Shown: in pieces, positions 26,459 through 35,775 of the stretch
Layout of the letters: every line of letters starts with the position of its first letter
Numbering within the stretch: position 1 is the first letter of the stretch
NCBI GenBank assembly: GCA_964493735.1
Contig: CAZBPN010000004.1
Span: forward strand, 4,109 to 68,108
Origin: an uncultured Rickettsiales bacterium
GTDB lineage: Bacteria; Myxococcota_A; UBA796; UBA9615; CAYRNR01
Length of the DNA: 64,000 nucleotides
Direction of reading: 5' to 3'
The notes under the pieces: generated by a model
What the model saw: the letters and a program-made list of their open reading frames with translations, nothing else
Databases searched by the model: none
What the model was told of the DNA's origin: nothing
Translations under genes and position numbers: made by a program

Positions 26459-28123
26459 CTAGCTCACCACCAGGTGGTCGAGGCCCTTCTCCCGGAGGTA
26501 TTCGGGGTAGAGCTGGAAGGCGGGCTTGAGGATCGGCAGCAGCTTGACCGCCTTCTGGACGGCGCCCCGGGAGGTGACCTGGCGGCGGGTCAACGCGGAG
26601 ACCACGTTGGCCTTGCCCAGCCAGAACGCGTGGGCGAAGTCGGCGTCCATGGTCATCTCGACCTCGGGGGTGCGGGCGCTGTCGCCCAGGTCGTAGTCCA
26701 CCTCGGCGCCGGTGGCGTCGATGGTGATGACCGCATCCGGGTTGCGGTAGTTGAACCGGATCAGCAGGTTGGAGTCGGCGAACTTGGGCCCGATCTCCGG
26801 GTGGTCCTTCAGCGACAGCAGGAATCCGCCGAGCACGTCGTACAGGTCGTCCGTGTCCTTGTAGGCCCCCCGGACCTCCCGGGCGCGGGCCCGCTGGGCG
26901 GCGCGCTTGAGCCGGGCCTTGCTGACCGGCAAGGGGAAGGCCGGCTGCTTGTAGGCCCGCCGGACGATCTTCTCGACCGCGTCGGGTTTGACCGGGCAGG
27001 GGTTGTACAGCATCGAGCCGTCGACCATCGCGGTCTCGACCACCTGGTCCAGCCGGGCGAGCCCGTCGCCGACGCCCGCCTGCTCCAGGTTGGCCGGCAG
27101 CGCCTTGAGGTAGCTGAGCTTGCGGCTGAGCACCCGCACCTTGAGGATGCCCATCCGCGCGGTGAGCGCCGGCGTGGGCATCTGGGGCACACCCAGGGCC
27201 AGGGCCACGTCCGCCAGCCGCTCCGTGCGGGCGTCCAGGTTGTGCTCCATGCCGAAGGGCAGGATCAGGGCGTTGGCCTCGCCGTGGGCGATCCCGTACA
27301 CGCCGCCCAGGGAGTGGGCGATCCCGTGGACGATGCCCACCATCGAGTGGGAGAAGGCGATCCCCGCCAGGCAGCTGGCGGTCAGCATCTGGCCGCGGGC
27401 CTCGATGTCGTCGGGGTGGGCGGCGGCGACCAGGATGTTGCGCGCGATCATCTGGATCGCCTGGATCGCCATCGCGTCCGACGCGGGGGACCACTCGGTG
27501 TCCAGGTAGGCCTCGATGGCGTGGGTCAGGGCGTCCATGCCGGTGGCACCGGTGATCCGCGGGGGCATGGTCGCGGTGATCTCCGGGTCCAGCACCGCCA
27601 GGTCGGGCTGCAGGTAGTCCTCGGTGAACGGCAGCTTGACGTCGTTGGCCTTGTCCGCGATGACCGCCACCCGGGTGACCTCGGAGCCCGTGCCGGCGGT
27701 GGTCGGCACCACGACCAGCGGGAACAGGGGCTTGGTCACCAGCTGGGCGCCCTGGTGGTCGGCCACCCGGCCCCCCTTCTTCATCAGGATGTTGGCCACC
27801 TTGGCGGTGTCGATCACGCTGCCACCGCCGACGGCGATGATCAGGTTGGCCTTGGCCGCCAGCCCCGCGTCCGCGCAGGCCTCGACGGTCGTGATCTCCG
27901 AGTTGGGGGGCACGTCGTCGAAGGTGGCGACCACCTTGACCTTCGACCCCGCCAGACCCTTCTGGATCATCTCGGGCAGGCCCAGTCCGGCGATCACCCG
28001 GTCGGTCACCAGCAGCGCCCTGCGGCGGCCGAATCGGCCGAACTCGTCGGCCAGCTTGGCGGCCAGGCCGGCGCCGTAGACCACCTTGGTGGGCAGCTGG
28101 AAGCTGAAATACTCCGGTAGCAT
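26459..28123 (-). CDS. iron-containing (group III) alcohol dehydrogenase fused to a C-terminal SCP2 sterol-carrier domain
   Basis: Fe-ADH motifs are GGGSVIDTAK, the His cluster HGIAHSLGG and GIAHGEANA. A C-terminal 110-aa SCP2-like domain follows (FNYRNPDAVITID...FWLGKANVVSALTRRQV). Confidence 0.85.
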   Translation of the reverse strand: MLPEYFSFQLPTKVVYGAGLAAKLADEFGRFGRRRALLVTDRVIAGLGLPEMIQKGLAGSKVKVVATFDDVPPNSEITTVEACADAGLAAKANLIIAVGGGSVIDTAKVANILMKKGGRVADHQGAQLVTKPLFPLVVVPTTAGTGSEVTRVAVIADKANDVKLPFTEDYLQPDLAVLDPEITATMPPRITGATGMDALTHAIEAYLDTEWSPASDAMAIQAIQMIARNILVAAAHPDDIEARGQMLTASCLAGIAFSHSMVGIVHGIAHSLGGVYGIAHGEANALILPFGMEHNLDARTERLADVALALGVPQMPTPALTARMGILKVRVLSRKLSYLKALPANLEQAGVGDGLARLDQVVETAMVDGSMLYNPCPVKPDAVEKIVRRAYKQPAFPLPVSKARLKRAAQRARAREVRGAYKDTDDLYDVLGGFLLSLKDHPEIGPKFADSNLLIRFNYRNPDAVITIDATGAEVDYDLGDSARTPEVEMTMDADFAHAFWLGKANVVSALTRRQVTSRGAVQKAVKLLPILKPAFQLYPEYLREKGLDHLVVS

Positions 28124-28304
28124 CGCGCTCTCCCCTCGCCGCCGGTTCGGCGACCCGGGGATTCTAGCCCCGCCGCCTCGCCCGCGCGAGGATCCCCGTG
28201 GGAACGGGCTCTCCGGAAAAAAACCACAAAAACCCTAGACGTTCGGAGGGGTGGTTACTAGAGCAATTTCCGTAGCAGGAAGCACACGAAAAGAGGGCCA
28301 CAGG

Positions 28305-28601
28305 ATGCTGAACGAGGGGTTCGTGAGCGGAACGATCCGGGGAAGCGCCAAGGCGGAGATGGTTCGCCAGCTCGACCAGCTCGGCGAGGCGAGCGCGGAC
28401 CGCTGGGAGCGCGCCGTGTTCACCGCCCTCACCGGTCGCGTCCGCGAGGACGTGGACCTGGACATCGAAGAGAACCGCGCAGGCTACTGCGCGTGGATCC
28501 GGAGCTTCGACAGCCTGACGGACGAGCTCGTGGTCGACGACCACGTGTCCGTGCGGCAGGTCGATCGCGGGCGGGCCCGCAGGGCGTACGCGCCCCGCTG
28601 A
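28305..28601 (+). CDS. small hypothetical protein
   Basis: The ATG has an AAGAGGG ribosome-binding site. Third-position GC is high. There is no recognisable domain. Confidence 0.4.
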   Translation: MLNEGFVSGTIRGSAKAEMVRQLDQLGEASADRWERAVFTALTGRVREDVDLDIEENRAGYCAWIRSFDSLTDELVVDDHVSVRQVDRGRARRAYAPR

Positions 28602-28620
28602 CTCCCCGCGGCCAACGACC

Positions 28621-28652
28621 TCTCCTGCCCGATCACGGGATCGCAGGAGAGC
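28621..28652 (+). terminator. perfect 9-bp hairpin (ctctcctgc...gcaggagag) 20 nt after the stop codon of the gene at 28305-28601
   Basis: The inverted repeat was read directly from the sequence. There is no U-tract. Confidence 0.3.
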
Positions 28653-28793
28653 CGAGTCCAGGCGAGGAAAGGAGGGATGCGATCGCACGAGAGACACAGC
28701 CAAGTGAAACTGGCGAAACCACAGACGAAGCCATAGGGAAGGATGGAGGGAGTCGCTGACATGATGTCAGCCCAGTGATTCTCTCCACCGACT

Positions 28794-28830
28794 GGCCACC
28801 CCGGTCCAAGCCACGCGGACCGGGGTGGCC
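28794..28830. other. perfect 14-bp inverted repeat (ggccaccccggtcc / ggaccggggtggcc) with a 9-nt loop, in a low-GC intergenic region
   Basis: Read directly from the sequence. It lies 70 nt upstream of the TerB-like gene. Confidence 0.4.
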
Positions 28831-28901
28831 ATGTCGCGTTCTGGGCTCGCCACCGCGGGCCGCGTACTCGTGCTACCTTGCCCGGGCTGCTGGAGACGAC
28901 G

Positions 28902-29234
28902 ATGAGTGAGAGCCTCGCGGACTACCTGGACGCCGACACCCGCCGGAACCTGTTGAAGCTGGCCTGCCACGCGGCCTGGGCCGACCTGGAGGTCGTGCCC
29001 GAGGAGCGGGCGGCCGTGCTGGAGCTGGCGGCGGTCCTGGCCGTCGGCCAGGAGCAGCTGGACGAGGTCCGCGGCTGGCTGAACCACGCCCCCGAGGAGT
29101 TCGATCCCGCCGAGGTCGACCCGGCCCACCGGGACCTCTTCCTCGAGACCCTCACCGCCGTCGTCCTCGCCGACGGCCGCTTCGTCCCGGACGAGTGCGT
29201 GACCCTGCAGCTGATCTCCGAGCTGCTGCGCTAG
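28902..29234 (+). CDS. TerB-like (tellurite-resistance TerB fold) small protein
   Basis: LLKLACHAAWADLEVVPEERAAVLEL...VLADGRFVPDECVTLQLISELL resembles the TerB/DjlA N-terminal domain. The ATG at 28902 is preceded by a GGAGACGACG motif. Confidence 0.45.
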   Translation: MSESLADYLDADTRRNLLKLACHAAWADLEVVPEERAAVLELAAVLAVGQEQLDEVRGWLNHAPEEFDPAEVDPAHRDLFLETLTAVVLADGRFVPDECVTLQLISELLR

Positions 29235-29307
29235 CCCCTCCCCGGACCTCCCCCTTGACGACTGCCCCGGTGGGCAGCAGGGAGAACCACGTACGGGGAG
29301 TTCCGCC

Positions 29308-30060
29308 ATGCGTACCATCGGCCTTCTCTGGATCTCGATCCTCCTGTTCGCCCTGCTCACGACCGGGTGCCCGACGGACGACGACGACGCCACGGGCGAT
29401 GACGACGCCACGGGTGACGACGATGACGCCACGGGCGACGACGACACCACGGGCGACGACGACACCTCCGGCGACGACGATTCCACCGGCGGAGGCGAGG
29501 TGATCGCGGACTCGGTCGCCGAGTTCTCCTCGACCCAGGGGCAGGACGGCTGGACCTATGGTTTCTGGGACCGGACGGAGGACGAGGCCACGGGCGACGG
29601 CGCCTACGCCGCGGACGAGTTCGTGGAGATGGCGGAGTGGTCCGTCGACGTCAGCGTCTGGGACGTTGCCGAGGGCGAGGGGGGGTACTGGACGCGCCTG
29701 AGTGCGTCGGCGGCGCACCCCAATGGTCTCGACGGCCGCCAGGGGCGTCTCGCCGTCCGCCACTGGGCGATCCGGCGATGGACCGCCGAATCCGACGGGG
29801 ATGTCCGCATCACCGGGAACGTGCACAAGCTCCAGACCGAGGGCGACGGCGTCATCGCGCTGGTCCTCGTCGACGGTGTGGTCGAGCAGGGCGACACGAT
29901 CGCGCCCACCGACACCACGGGGGTGGATCTGGATCTCTGCGTGGCCCTGACCGCCGGCCAGTCGGTCGACTTCGCGGTCACCGACGGCCAGAACGGCAGC
30001 GACGAGGGGGACCGCTCCCACCAGGTCGTGGTCGTCGAGACCGTCCCCGGCGGCTGCTGA
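29308..30060 (+). CDS. lipoprotein with an acidic (DDDATG)n linker; function unknown
   Basis: Lipobox LTTGC followed by a D-rich repeat and a 180-aa domain. Confidence 0.65.
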   Translation: MRTIGLLWISILLFALLTTGCPTDDDDATGDDDATGDDDDATGDDDTTGDDDTSGDDDSTGGGEVIADSVAEFSSTQGQDGWTYGFWDRTEDEATGDGAYAADEFVEMAEWSVDVSVWDVAEGEGGYWTRLSASAAHPNGLDGRQGRLAVRHWAIRRWTAESDGDVRITGNVHKLQTEGDGVIALVLVDGVVEQGDTIAPTDTTGVDLDLCVALTAGQSVDFAVTDGQNGSDEGDRSHQVVVVETVPGGC

Positions 30061-30124
30061 GGGATCCCCTGCCGCACTTGAGCGATCCCGCCGCCCCGGG
30101 CGATGATCCCCGGGGAGGTGTCCC

Positions 30125-31054
30125 GTGGCCGCTCACTCCGCTCGCTGGTTGCCCGTCTGGCTGATCGGTTGCCTGCTCGCCGCGGGATGCCCGGACCCCC
30201 TGGACGACGACGTGGTCGGCGACGACGACGTGGGCGACGACGACGTGGGCGATCCCACCCTCTACAACCACGTCGCGGCCGGGGAGTACCACACCTGCGC
30301 GGTCCGGCTGGATGGCACCCTGGCCTGCTGGGGCCGGGACGACTACGGCCAGGCCTCGCCCCCGGACGGCACCTTCACCTGGGTCGGCGCGGGCGGCTCC
30401 AACAACGAGGCCCACAGCTGCGCCATCCACACGGACGAGACCATCCGCTGCTGGGGGTTCGGCGACGACGGGCAGCTGGACGCGCCGGGGGGCAACTACA
30501 TCCGGCTGGACGCGGGCGGCTGGCACAACTGCGCCGTCGGCGCCGGCGGGGACCTCTCCTGCTGGGGCGCCGACTTCAGCGGCCAGGCCACCCCCCTACC
30601 CGGGAGCTACAGCGACGTCTCCTGCGGCGGTGCCCACACCTGCGCCATCTCCGACGTGGACGGGTCCGCCGTCTGCTGGGGACACGACGCCAACGACCAG
30701 TCGACCCCCGTACCCGGCGACTACGATCAGATCGACGCCGGGGGCCTCCACACCTGCGCGGTCCAGACCGACGGCGGCCTCGGCACCTGCTGGGGTGCTC
30801 CCTGGCAGGACATGTCGATCCCACCGCCGGGCGTGGCCTTCGTCACGATGGGCCTCGGCGAGAACCACTCCTGCGGGGTGACCACCGACGGCGAGATCGT
30901 CTGCTGGGGAGAGAACCTGGACGCCCAGGGCGACGCACCCGAGGGCAACTACATCCAGGTCACCGCCGGCCGCAAGCACACCTGTGGCCTGACCTTCGAC
31001 CAGCGGATCGTCTGCTGGGGGAGCAACGACGAGGGGCAGTGCGACGTGCCCTAG
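30125..31054 (+). CDS. RCC1-repeat lipoprotein with an acidic (DDDVG)n linker
   Basis: Lipobox LAAGC. Seven HTCA/HxCG...CWG RCC1-like repeats. Confidence 0.75.
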   Translation: MAAHSARWLPVWLIGCLLAAGCPDPLDDDVVGDDDVGDDDVGDPTLYNHVAAGEYHTCAVRLDGTLACWGRDDYGQASPPDGTFTWVGAGGSNNEAHSCAIHTDETIRCWGFGDDGQLDAPGGNYIRLDAGGWHNCAVGAGGDLSCWGADFSGQATPLPGSYSDVSCGGAHTCAISDVDGSAVCWGHDANDQSTPVPGDYDQIDAGGLHTCAVQTDGGLGTCWGAPWQDMSIPPPGVAFVTMGLGENHSCGVTTDGEIVCWGENLDAQGDAPEGNYIQVTAGRKHTCGLTFDQRIVCWGSNDEGQCDVP

Positions 31055-31063
31055 GCGCTCGGC

Positions 31064-32026
31064 CTACACGGTCACCCGGTTGGCGGCCCGCCGGGCGCGG
31101 GCCAGCTCCGACTCCACCTCGGCCTCGGCCTCGAGCTCGCCGCGCAACCGGTCGAGCTTGGGGGCCAGCGAGGGGGCGACGGGCTGCTCGGTGATCCCGG
31201 CGCTGAGCAGGTCCAGCCGGGCCCCCTGCAGCTGGTGCAGCAGGGCGCGCTCCCGGGATCGCAGTCGCTCGGAGGCGGCGAAGGCGCCGCGCATCGCGGC
31301 CAGCCGCTCGGCGATGGCGCGGGCCTCGGCGTCGAAGGTCTCGGCGGTGCGCTGGTCCGGGGCGTCCGCTGCGTCCTCGCGCACCTGCTCCAGGTCACCC
31401 TCCAGCTTCGACTGGAGCCGCGTGTCCACCAGGTCGAGCAGCGCCAGGCGCCGTCCGTGCGCATCCTCCGCCGCCGTCCGGATCCGCTCCAGATCGGGCG
31501 GGTCGGGCAGCTTGTCCGGTGACTCCTCGAGGGCGGACCGCAGCTCCCGGATGGCGGTGGCGAGCTCCTCCAGGTAGGGGTCGTGGCGGAGGGCCTGCTC
31601 GGCGGTCTGCTCGCCGGACAGGCTGCTGCTTTCCCCGCCGGTGGCGCCGACGGTGGGCGTGGGCCGCGCGGGCTTGCCCGCCAGGCGCCGCGCCGCTGGC
31701 ATGCTGCGCAGCCCGTGGCCCACCAGCCCCAGCCCCCAGAACGCCAGGAACCAGGGCCAGCCGAGGATGAAGCCGACGATGACGAAGCAGGCGGCGTGAA
31801 AGGCGAAGCCCATCAGCTGGCGGTGACCCGCGGCCGCCGCGGGATCGCCCACGTGGGGGACCTCCTCGCCGAACACGGAGTAGTCGTGGAGGGGGGCCCA
31901 GTCCTCCCGGTCCTCGCGGCGGGCCAGCTCGGTGCCGGACAGATCGTTGCCCCGCAGCTGCTTGCGCAGCTTCTCGTCGGTCAGCGTGAGGACCTCGCTG
32001 CCCTTCTGGACGACCCACCCGCTCAT
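31064..32026 (-). CDS. membrane protein with a two-transmembrane hairpin and a coiled-coil C-terminus
   Basis: The segment FAFHAACFVIVGFILGWPWFLAFWGLGLVGHGL forms two TM helices, followed by a charged helical tail. Confidence 0.5.
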   Translation of the reverse strand: MSGWVVQKGSEVLTLTDEKLRKQLRGNDLSGTELARREDREDWAPLHDYSVFGEEVPHVGDPAAAAGHRQLMGFAFHAACFVIVGFILGWPWFLAFWGLGLVGHGLRSMPAARRLAGKPARPTPTVGATGGESSSLSGEQTAEQALRHDPYLEELATAIRELRSALEESPDKLPDPPDLERIRTAAEDAHGRRLALLDLVDTRLQSKLEGDLEQVREDAADAPDQRTAETFDAEARAIAERLAAMRGAFAASERLRSRERALLHQLQGARLDLLSAGITEQPVAPSLAPKLDRLRGELEAEAEVESELARARRAANRVTV

Positions 32027-32060
32027 GGACCGCTATTGTAGTCCCGCCGCACCCGGGGCT

Positions 32061-32507
32061 CTACCGGTCGCCCGACTCGTCCTCCGGCTCGTCCTCTCCG
32101 CCGCCGGAATCCGGGGGTTCCGCCTTGTCCAGGGCCTTGCCCAGCTCCCGGTTGAGGAAGCGCAGACCGCCGAGGACGCCGGTGCGCAGCTCGCGGGCGG
32201 CGCTGCCGGCTCCCTTCTTGGCGCTCTCCATGGCCGGCGTGCCGGCCAGGTCCTCGCCCAGCCTGTGGATCTCCTTTCCGGCCCGCTGCAGGCCGTCGGT
32301 CAGCTCGTCCTCGACCCGCTTGCGCTCGTCGCTCTCCCAGGCCCGGCTGACGGCGGTCCCCAGCTGCCGTCCGAGACGGTTGATCTCGGACAGCACCTCG
32401 AATACCTCCTCGTTCTCCTCGTTCTCCCCGTCCTCACCCTCCGGCGGGCCGCTCTCCGGCTCCTCGATGGGTTCGTCTTCGCTCTTCGGCTTCTGGTCGT
32501 CGGGCAT
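32061..32507 (-). CDS. acidic hypothetical protein
   Basis: High third-position GC. Separated from the upstream gene by 34 nt. Confidence 0.45.
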   Translation of the reverse strand: MPDDQKPKSEDEPIEEPESGPPEGEDGENEENEEVFEVLSEINRLGRQLGTAVSRAWESDERKRVEDELTDGLQRAGKEIHRLGEDLAGTPAMESAKKGAGSAARELRTGVLGGLRFLNRELGKALDKAEPPDSGGGEDEPEDESGDR

Positions 32508-32654
32508 CTTCGCTCTCCTCGTCCCGGTGTCGCGCCGGGCTCACCGCTTCATACTCGCACGGCCGCGCGATATTGCACCCCACCGGTCGCTGCCCCTTGC
32601 GCATCGCCCGCGGGATGGTGACCCTTGGCGAGGGCCAATCCCTAGGAGGAGACC

Positions 32655-33470
32655 ATGTCCAACGGCAACGTGGCGGTCATCGGCGGCGCGGGCAAGATGG
32701 GCATCGCCCTCATCGACGGGCTGATCGCCGCCGGCGAGGTGTCGCCGGAGCACATCGTCGCGACCGCGCGCCACAATCGATCCCTGGACAAGCTGGGCGA
32801 GCGGGAGGTCGGCCGCACGGTCGACAACCGGGCCGCCGCCAACGACGCCTCGGTGATCGTGCTGTCGGTGCACCCCACCGACGTGGACGAGGTGCTGGCC
32901 GAGATCGCCCCCGGGTTGGCCGACGACTCCCTGCTGATCTCGATCATCACGGGGATCCCGACTCGCCGGATCGAGGCCGGCCTCGGCCGGGAGCTGGCGG
33001 TGGTGCGGGCGACCCCCAACATCGCGGCCGTGGTCGGCTCGTCGATGACCGCGGTCTGCCGCGGTGCCCACGCCGACCGGGGCCATCAGCGGCAGGCGCG
33101 CCGCATCTTCGAGACCGTCGGTCGCGTGGTCGAGCTGGACGAACGTCACCTCAACTCCTGCACCGGACTGGGGGGCTGCGGGCCGGCGTTCGCGTTCAAG
33201 ATGATCGAGGCGCTCGCCGAGGGTGGGGTCAAGATGGGTCTGCCTCGGGAGGCATCCAGGACCATGGCCGCCCAGGTGCTCCGGGGCGCCGCCGACCTGG
33301 TGCTCGAGACAGGGCGCCACCCGGCGGCGCTCAAGGACGAGGTGACGACCCCCGGGGGCTGCACCATCGACGGGATCACGAAGCTGGAGGAGCGCGGCCT
33401 GCCGATCGCCCTGATCGAGGCGGTCGAGGTCTCGTCCACCAAGGCCGGTTTGCTGGGCAAGGAGGACTAG
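32655..33470 (+). CDS. proC: pyrroline-5-carboxylate reductase
   Basis: A GGAGGAGACC ribosome-binding site precedes the ATG. The NADP-binding N-terminus is VAVIGGAGKMG. The P5CR C-terminal block is TTPGGCTIDGITKLEERGL. Confidence 0.85.
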   Translation: MSNGNVAVIGGAGKMGIALIDGLIAAGEVSPEHIVATARHNRSLDKLGEREVGRTVDNRAAANDASVIVLSVHPTDVDEVLAEIAPGLADDSLLISIITGIPTRRIEAGLGRELAVVRATPNIAAVVGSSMTAVCRGAHADRGHQRQARRIFETVGRVVELDERHLNSCTGLGGCGPAFAFKMIEALAEGGVKMGLPREASRTMAAQVLRGAADLVLETGRHPAALKDEVTTPGGCTIDGITKLEERGLPIALIEAVEVSSTKAGLLGKED

Positions 33471-34478
33471 ATGGGGGAGGAGAGCTTCGCGGACCGCGTC
33501 GGCCGGATCACCAACGGGTTCATCGAGGCCAAGATCGTGATGGCGGGGGTCGAGCTCTCTCTGTACGACCGGCTCTCGACAGGGCCTGCGACCGCCATTC
33601 GGCTCGCACGGGACCTGGACGTGACCCGTCGGGGGATCGAGATCCTGGCCGATGCGCTGGTCGCCCTGGGCTACCTGACCAAGGACGGGGACCGCTACGG
33701 CAACGCGGACGGGACCGAGCGGTTCCTGGTGCGGGGGAAGCCGGGGTCGATCGCCCACATCACCGCGCACCGCAACCACATGTACGGCGGCTGGGCCGGG
33801 CTGGAGGAGGTCATCCGCCAGGGCAAGGAGGCGCGGGAGTGGGACAAGCCCACGCTGGCGGACGTGGAGACCAACCGCAACTTCATCCTGGGCATGGCCG
33901 AGGTCAGCCGGGAGCGCCAGGGCGCGATCCTGGACCGGCTACCCCTCGCCGACGCCGCGCTGTTCGTCGACCTGGGCGGCGGCCCGGCCCACTACTGCTG
34001 CGAGGCCGTCCAGCGCCACCCGGACCTGCGAGCGCTGCTGGTGGATCTGCCGCTGACCACCGAGGTGGCCCGGGAGTACATCGCCGGGCAGGGGCTGACC
34101 GACCGGGTCGCGACCCGGGTGATCAACTTCTACGCCGAGGACGAGATCGACTGGGGGGAGCCGGCCGATGTCGTCTTGATCTCCCAGGTGCTCCACGCCG
34201 AAGGCCCCGACGAGAACCGGGCGCTGCTGCGAAAGGTGTGGCCCCTCGTGCGCGCCGGCGGGTCCGTCGCGATCGTCGAGAACCCGGTGGACGAGGGGCG
34301 GACCTCGCCCGTGCCGGGCGCGGTCTTCGCCGTCAACATGCTGGCGTCCACCGTCCGCGGCCGCACCTACACCGAGTCCGAGATGGCAGGCTGGCTGGCC
34401 GAGGCGGGGTTCGAGCCACGTCCCGGTGAGCTGGTCGCGCCCCGCACCCTGCTGATCCAGGCCCGCAAGCCCGCCTGA
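33471..34478 (+). CDS. SAM-dependent O-methyltransferase (family 2, with an N-terminal dimerisation or winged-helix domain)
   Basis: SAM motif I is FVDLGGGPAHY. The ATG directly abuts the proC stop codon, indicating translational coupling. Confidence 0.8.
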   Translation: MGEESFADRVGRITNGFIEAKIVMAGVELSLYDRLSTGPATAIRLARDLDVTRRGIEILADALVALGYLTKDGDRYGNADGTERFLVRGKPGSIAHITAHRNHMYGGWAGLEEVIRQGKEAREWDKPTLADVETNRNFILGMAEVSRERQGAILDRLPLADAALFVDLGGGPAHYCCEAVQRHPDLRALLVDLPLTTEVAREYIAGQGLTDRVATRVINFYAEDEIDWGEPADVVLISQVLHAEGPDENRALLRKVWPLVRAGGSVAIVENPVDEGRTSPVPGAVFAVNMLASTVRGRTYTESEMAGWLAEAGFEPRPGELVAPRTLLIQARKPA

Positions 34479-34497
34479 CCGCCGTGGCGCGCCCCGC

Positions 34498-35775
34498 TCA
34501 GGGTTCCTCGATCGACTCCGGATCGTCCACCATCGGCAGGGTGAAGGAGAACGTCGTGCCCTCGCCCTGCATCGACCGGGCCTGGATCGCGCCGCCGTGC
34601 CGCTCGACGATCCGGCGGCAGATGGACAGGCCGATGCCGGTCCCCGGGTATTCCTCCCGGGTGTGCAGCCGCTGGAACACGCCGAAGACGCGCTCCAGGT
34701 ATTCCTCGTCGATCCCGATGCCGTTGTCCCGCACCGAGACGTTCCACCGACCGCAATCGATCCGGGCTGACACGTGGATCCGCGGCGGGGACTCGCTGCG
34801 GAAGCGGAGGGCGTTGGACAGCAGGTTCTGCAGCAGCTGGGTCACCTGGGTCGGGTCCGCGAGGACGGTGGGCAGGGGGTCGTGGTCGACCTCGGCGCCC
34901 ACCTCTTCGATCTGGGTCGCCAGGCTGCGGGACGCCGCCGCCAGCGCGTCCTCCAGCGCCACCGGGGTGGCTGGCTTCGCGTGGGTGCTCACCCGGGAAT
35001 AGGCGAGCAGGCCGTTGATCAGGCCCCGCATGTGATCCGCGCCGTCGACGGCGAAGCCGATGTAGGTGTCGGCGCGCTCGTCGATCTTGCCCTTGTAGCG
35101 GCGCTGGAGCAGCTGGAGGAAGGACGAGACCGTGCGCAGGGGCTCCTGCAGATCGTGGGAGGCGATGTAGGCGAAGCGCTCCAGCTCGTCGTTGGAGCGC
35201 GCCAGCTCCTCGTTGGCCTCGGTCAGCTCCGCGGTCCGCTCCTCGACCCGCTCCTCCAGGGTCTCCTTGGCGGCCTCGAGGGCCTCCTCGGCCTTCTTCC
35301 AGGCGGTGATGTCCCGGAACGAGACCGCGAACTGCCCCTTCTGCGGGCAGTAGGCCGAGATGTCGTAGTGGCGATCCAGAGGGGTGGAGTACTGCTGGAA
35401 CTCGATGGGCTCCCCGGTGAGGGCCACCTTGCCGTAGATCTCGATGAAGTCGTCGTGCTCGATCCCGGGCAGGGCCTCGGTGACCCGCTTGCCCAGCACC
35501 ATCTCCGGGGTGAGCCCGGTCAGGGTGGTGAACGCCGGGTTGATGGCCAGGAAGACGTAGTCCACGGGCACGCCGTCGTCGTCCAGCACCATCTCGTGCA
35601 GGGCGACGCCGTTGACCGAGTGCTCGAACAGCCCGCGGAAGCGCTCCTCGACCAGGTGCAGCTTGGCCCGGGACCGCTCCGCCTCCCGCTCCGCCTGCTC
35701 CAGCTGCTCGAGGCGGCCGCGGAGGGCGAGGAGTTCGGCCTCCAGCTCCTCCCGCGTCCGCCCGTCTTCACTCAT
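34498..35775 (-). CDS. PAS-domain sensor histidine kinase
   Basis: Coiled coil and PAS domain, the HisKA H-box (FAYIASHDLQEPLR) and an HATPase_c domain (DNGIGI...GTGIGL). The ATG at 35775 has a GAGGGG ribosome-binding site. Confidence 0.8.
   Translation of the reverse strand: MSEDGRTREELEAELLALRGRLEQLEQAEREAERSRAKLHLVEERFRGLFEHSVNGVALHEMVLDDDGVPVDYVFLAINPAFTTLTGLTPEMVLGKRVTEALPGIEHDDFIEIYGKVALTGEPIEFQQYSTPLDRHYDISAYCPQKGQFAVSFRDITAWKKAEEALEAAKETLEERVEERTAELTEANEELARSNDELERFAYIASHDLQEPLRTVSSFLQLLQRRYKGKIDERADTYIGFAVDGADHMRGLINGLLAYSRVSTHAKPATPVALEDALAAASRSLATQIEEVGAEVDHDPLPTVLADPTQVTQLLQNLLSNALRFRSESPPRIHVSARIDCGRWNVSVRDNGIGIDEEYLERVFGVFQRLHTREEYPGTGIGLSICRRIVERHGGAIQARSMQGEGTTFSFTLPMVDDPESIEEP

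Noticed and set aside
28602-28901. Possible tRNA in the low-GC intergenic region
   Set aside because: No cloverleaf, no conserved T-loop (GTTC) and no D-loop motifs could be traced. The hairpins are simple inverted repeats.
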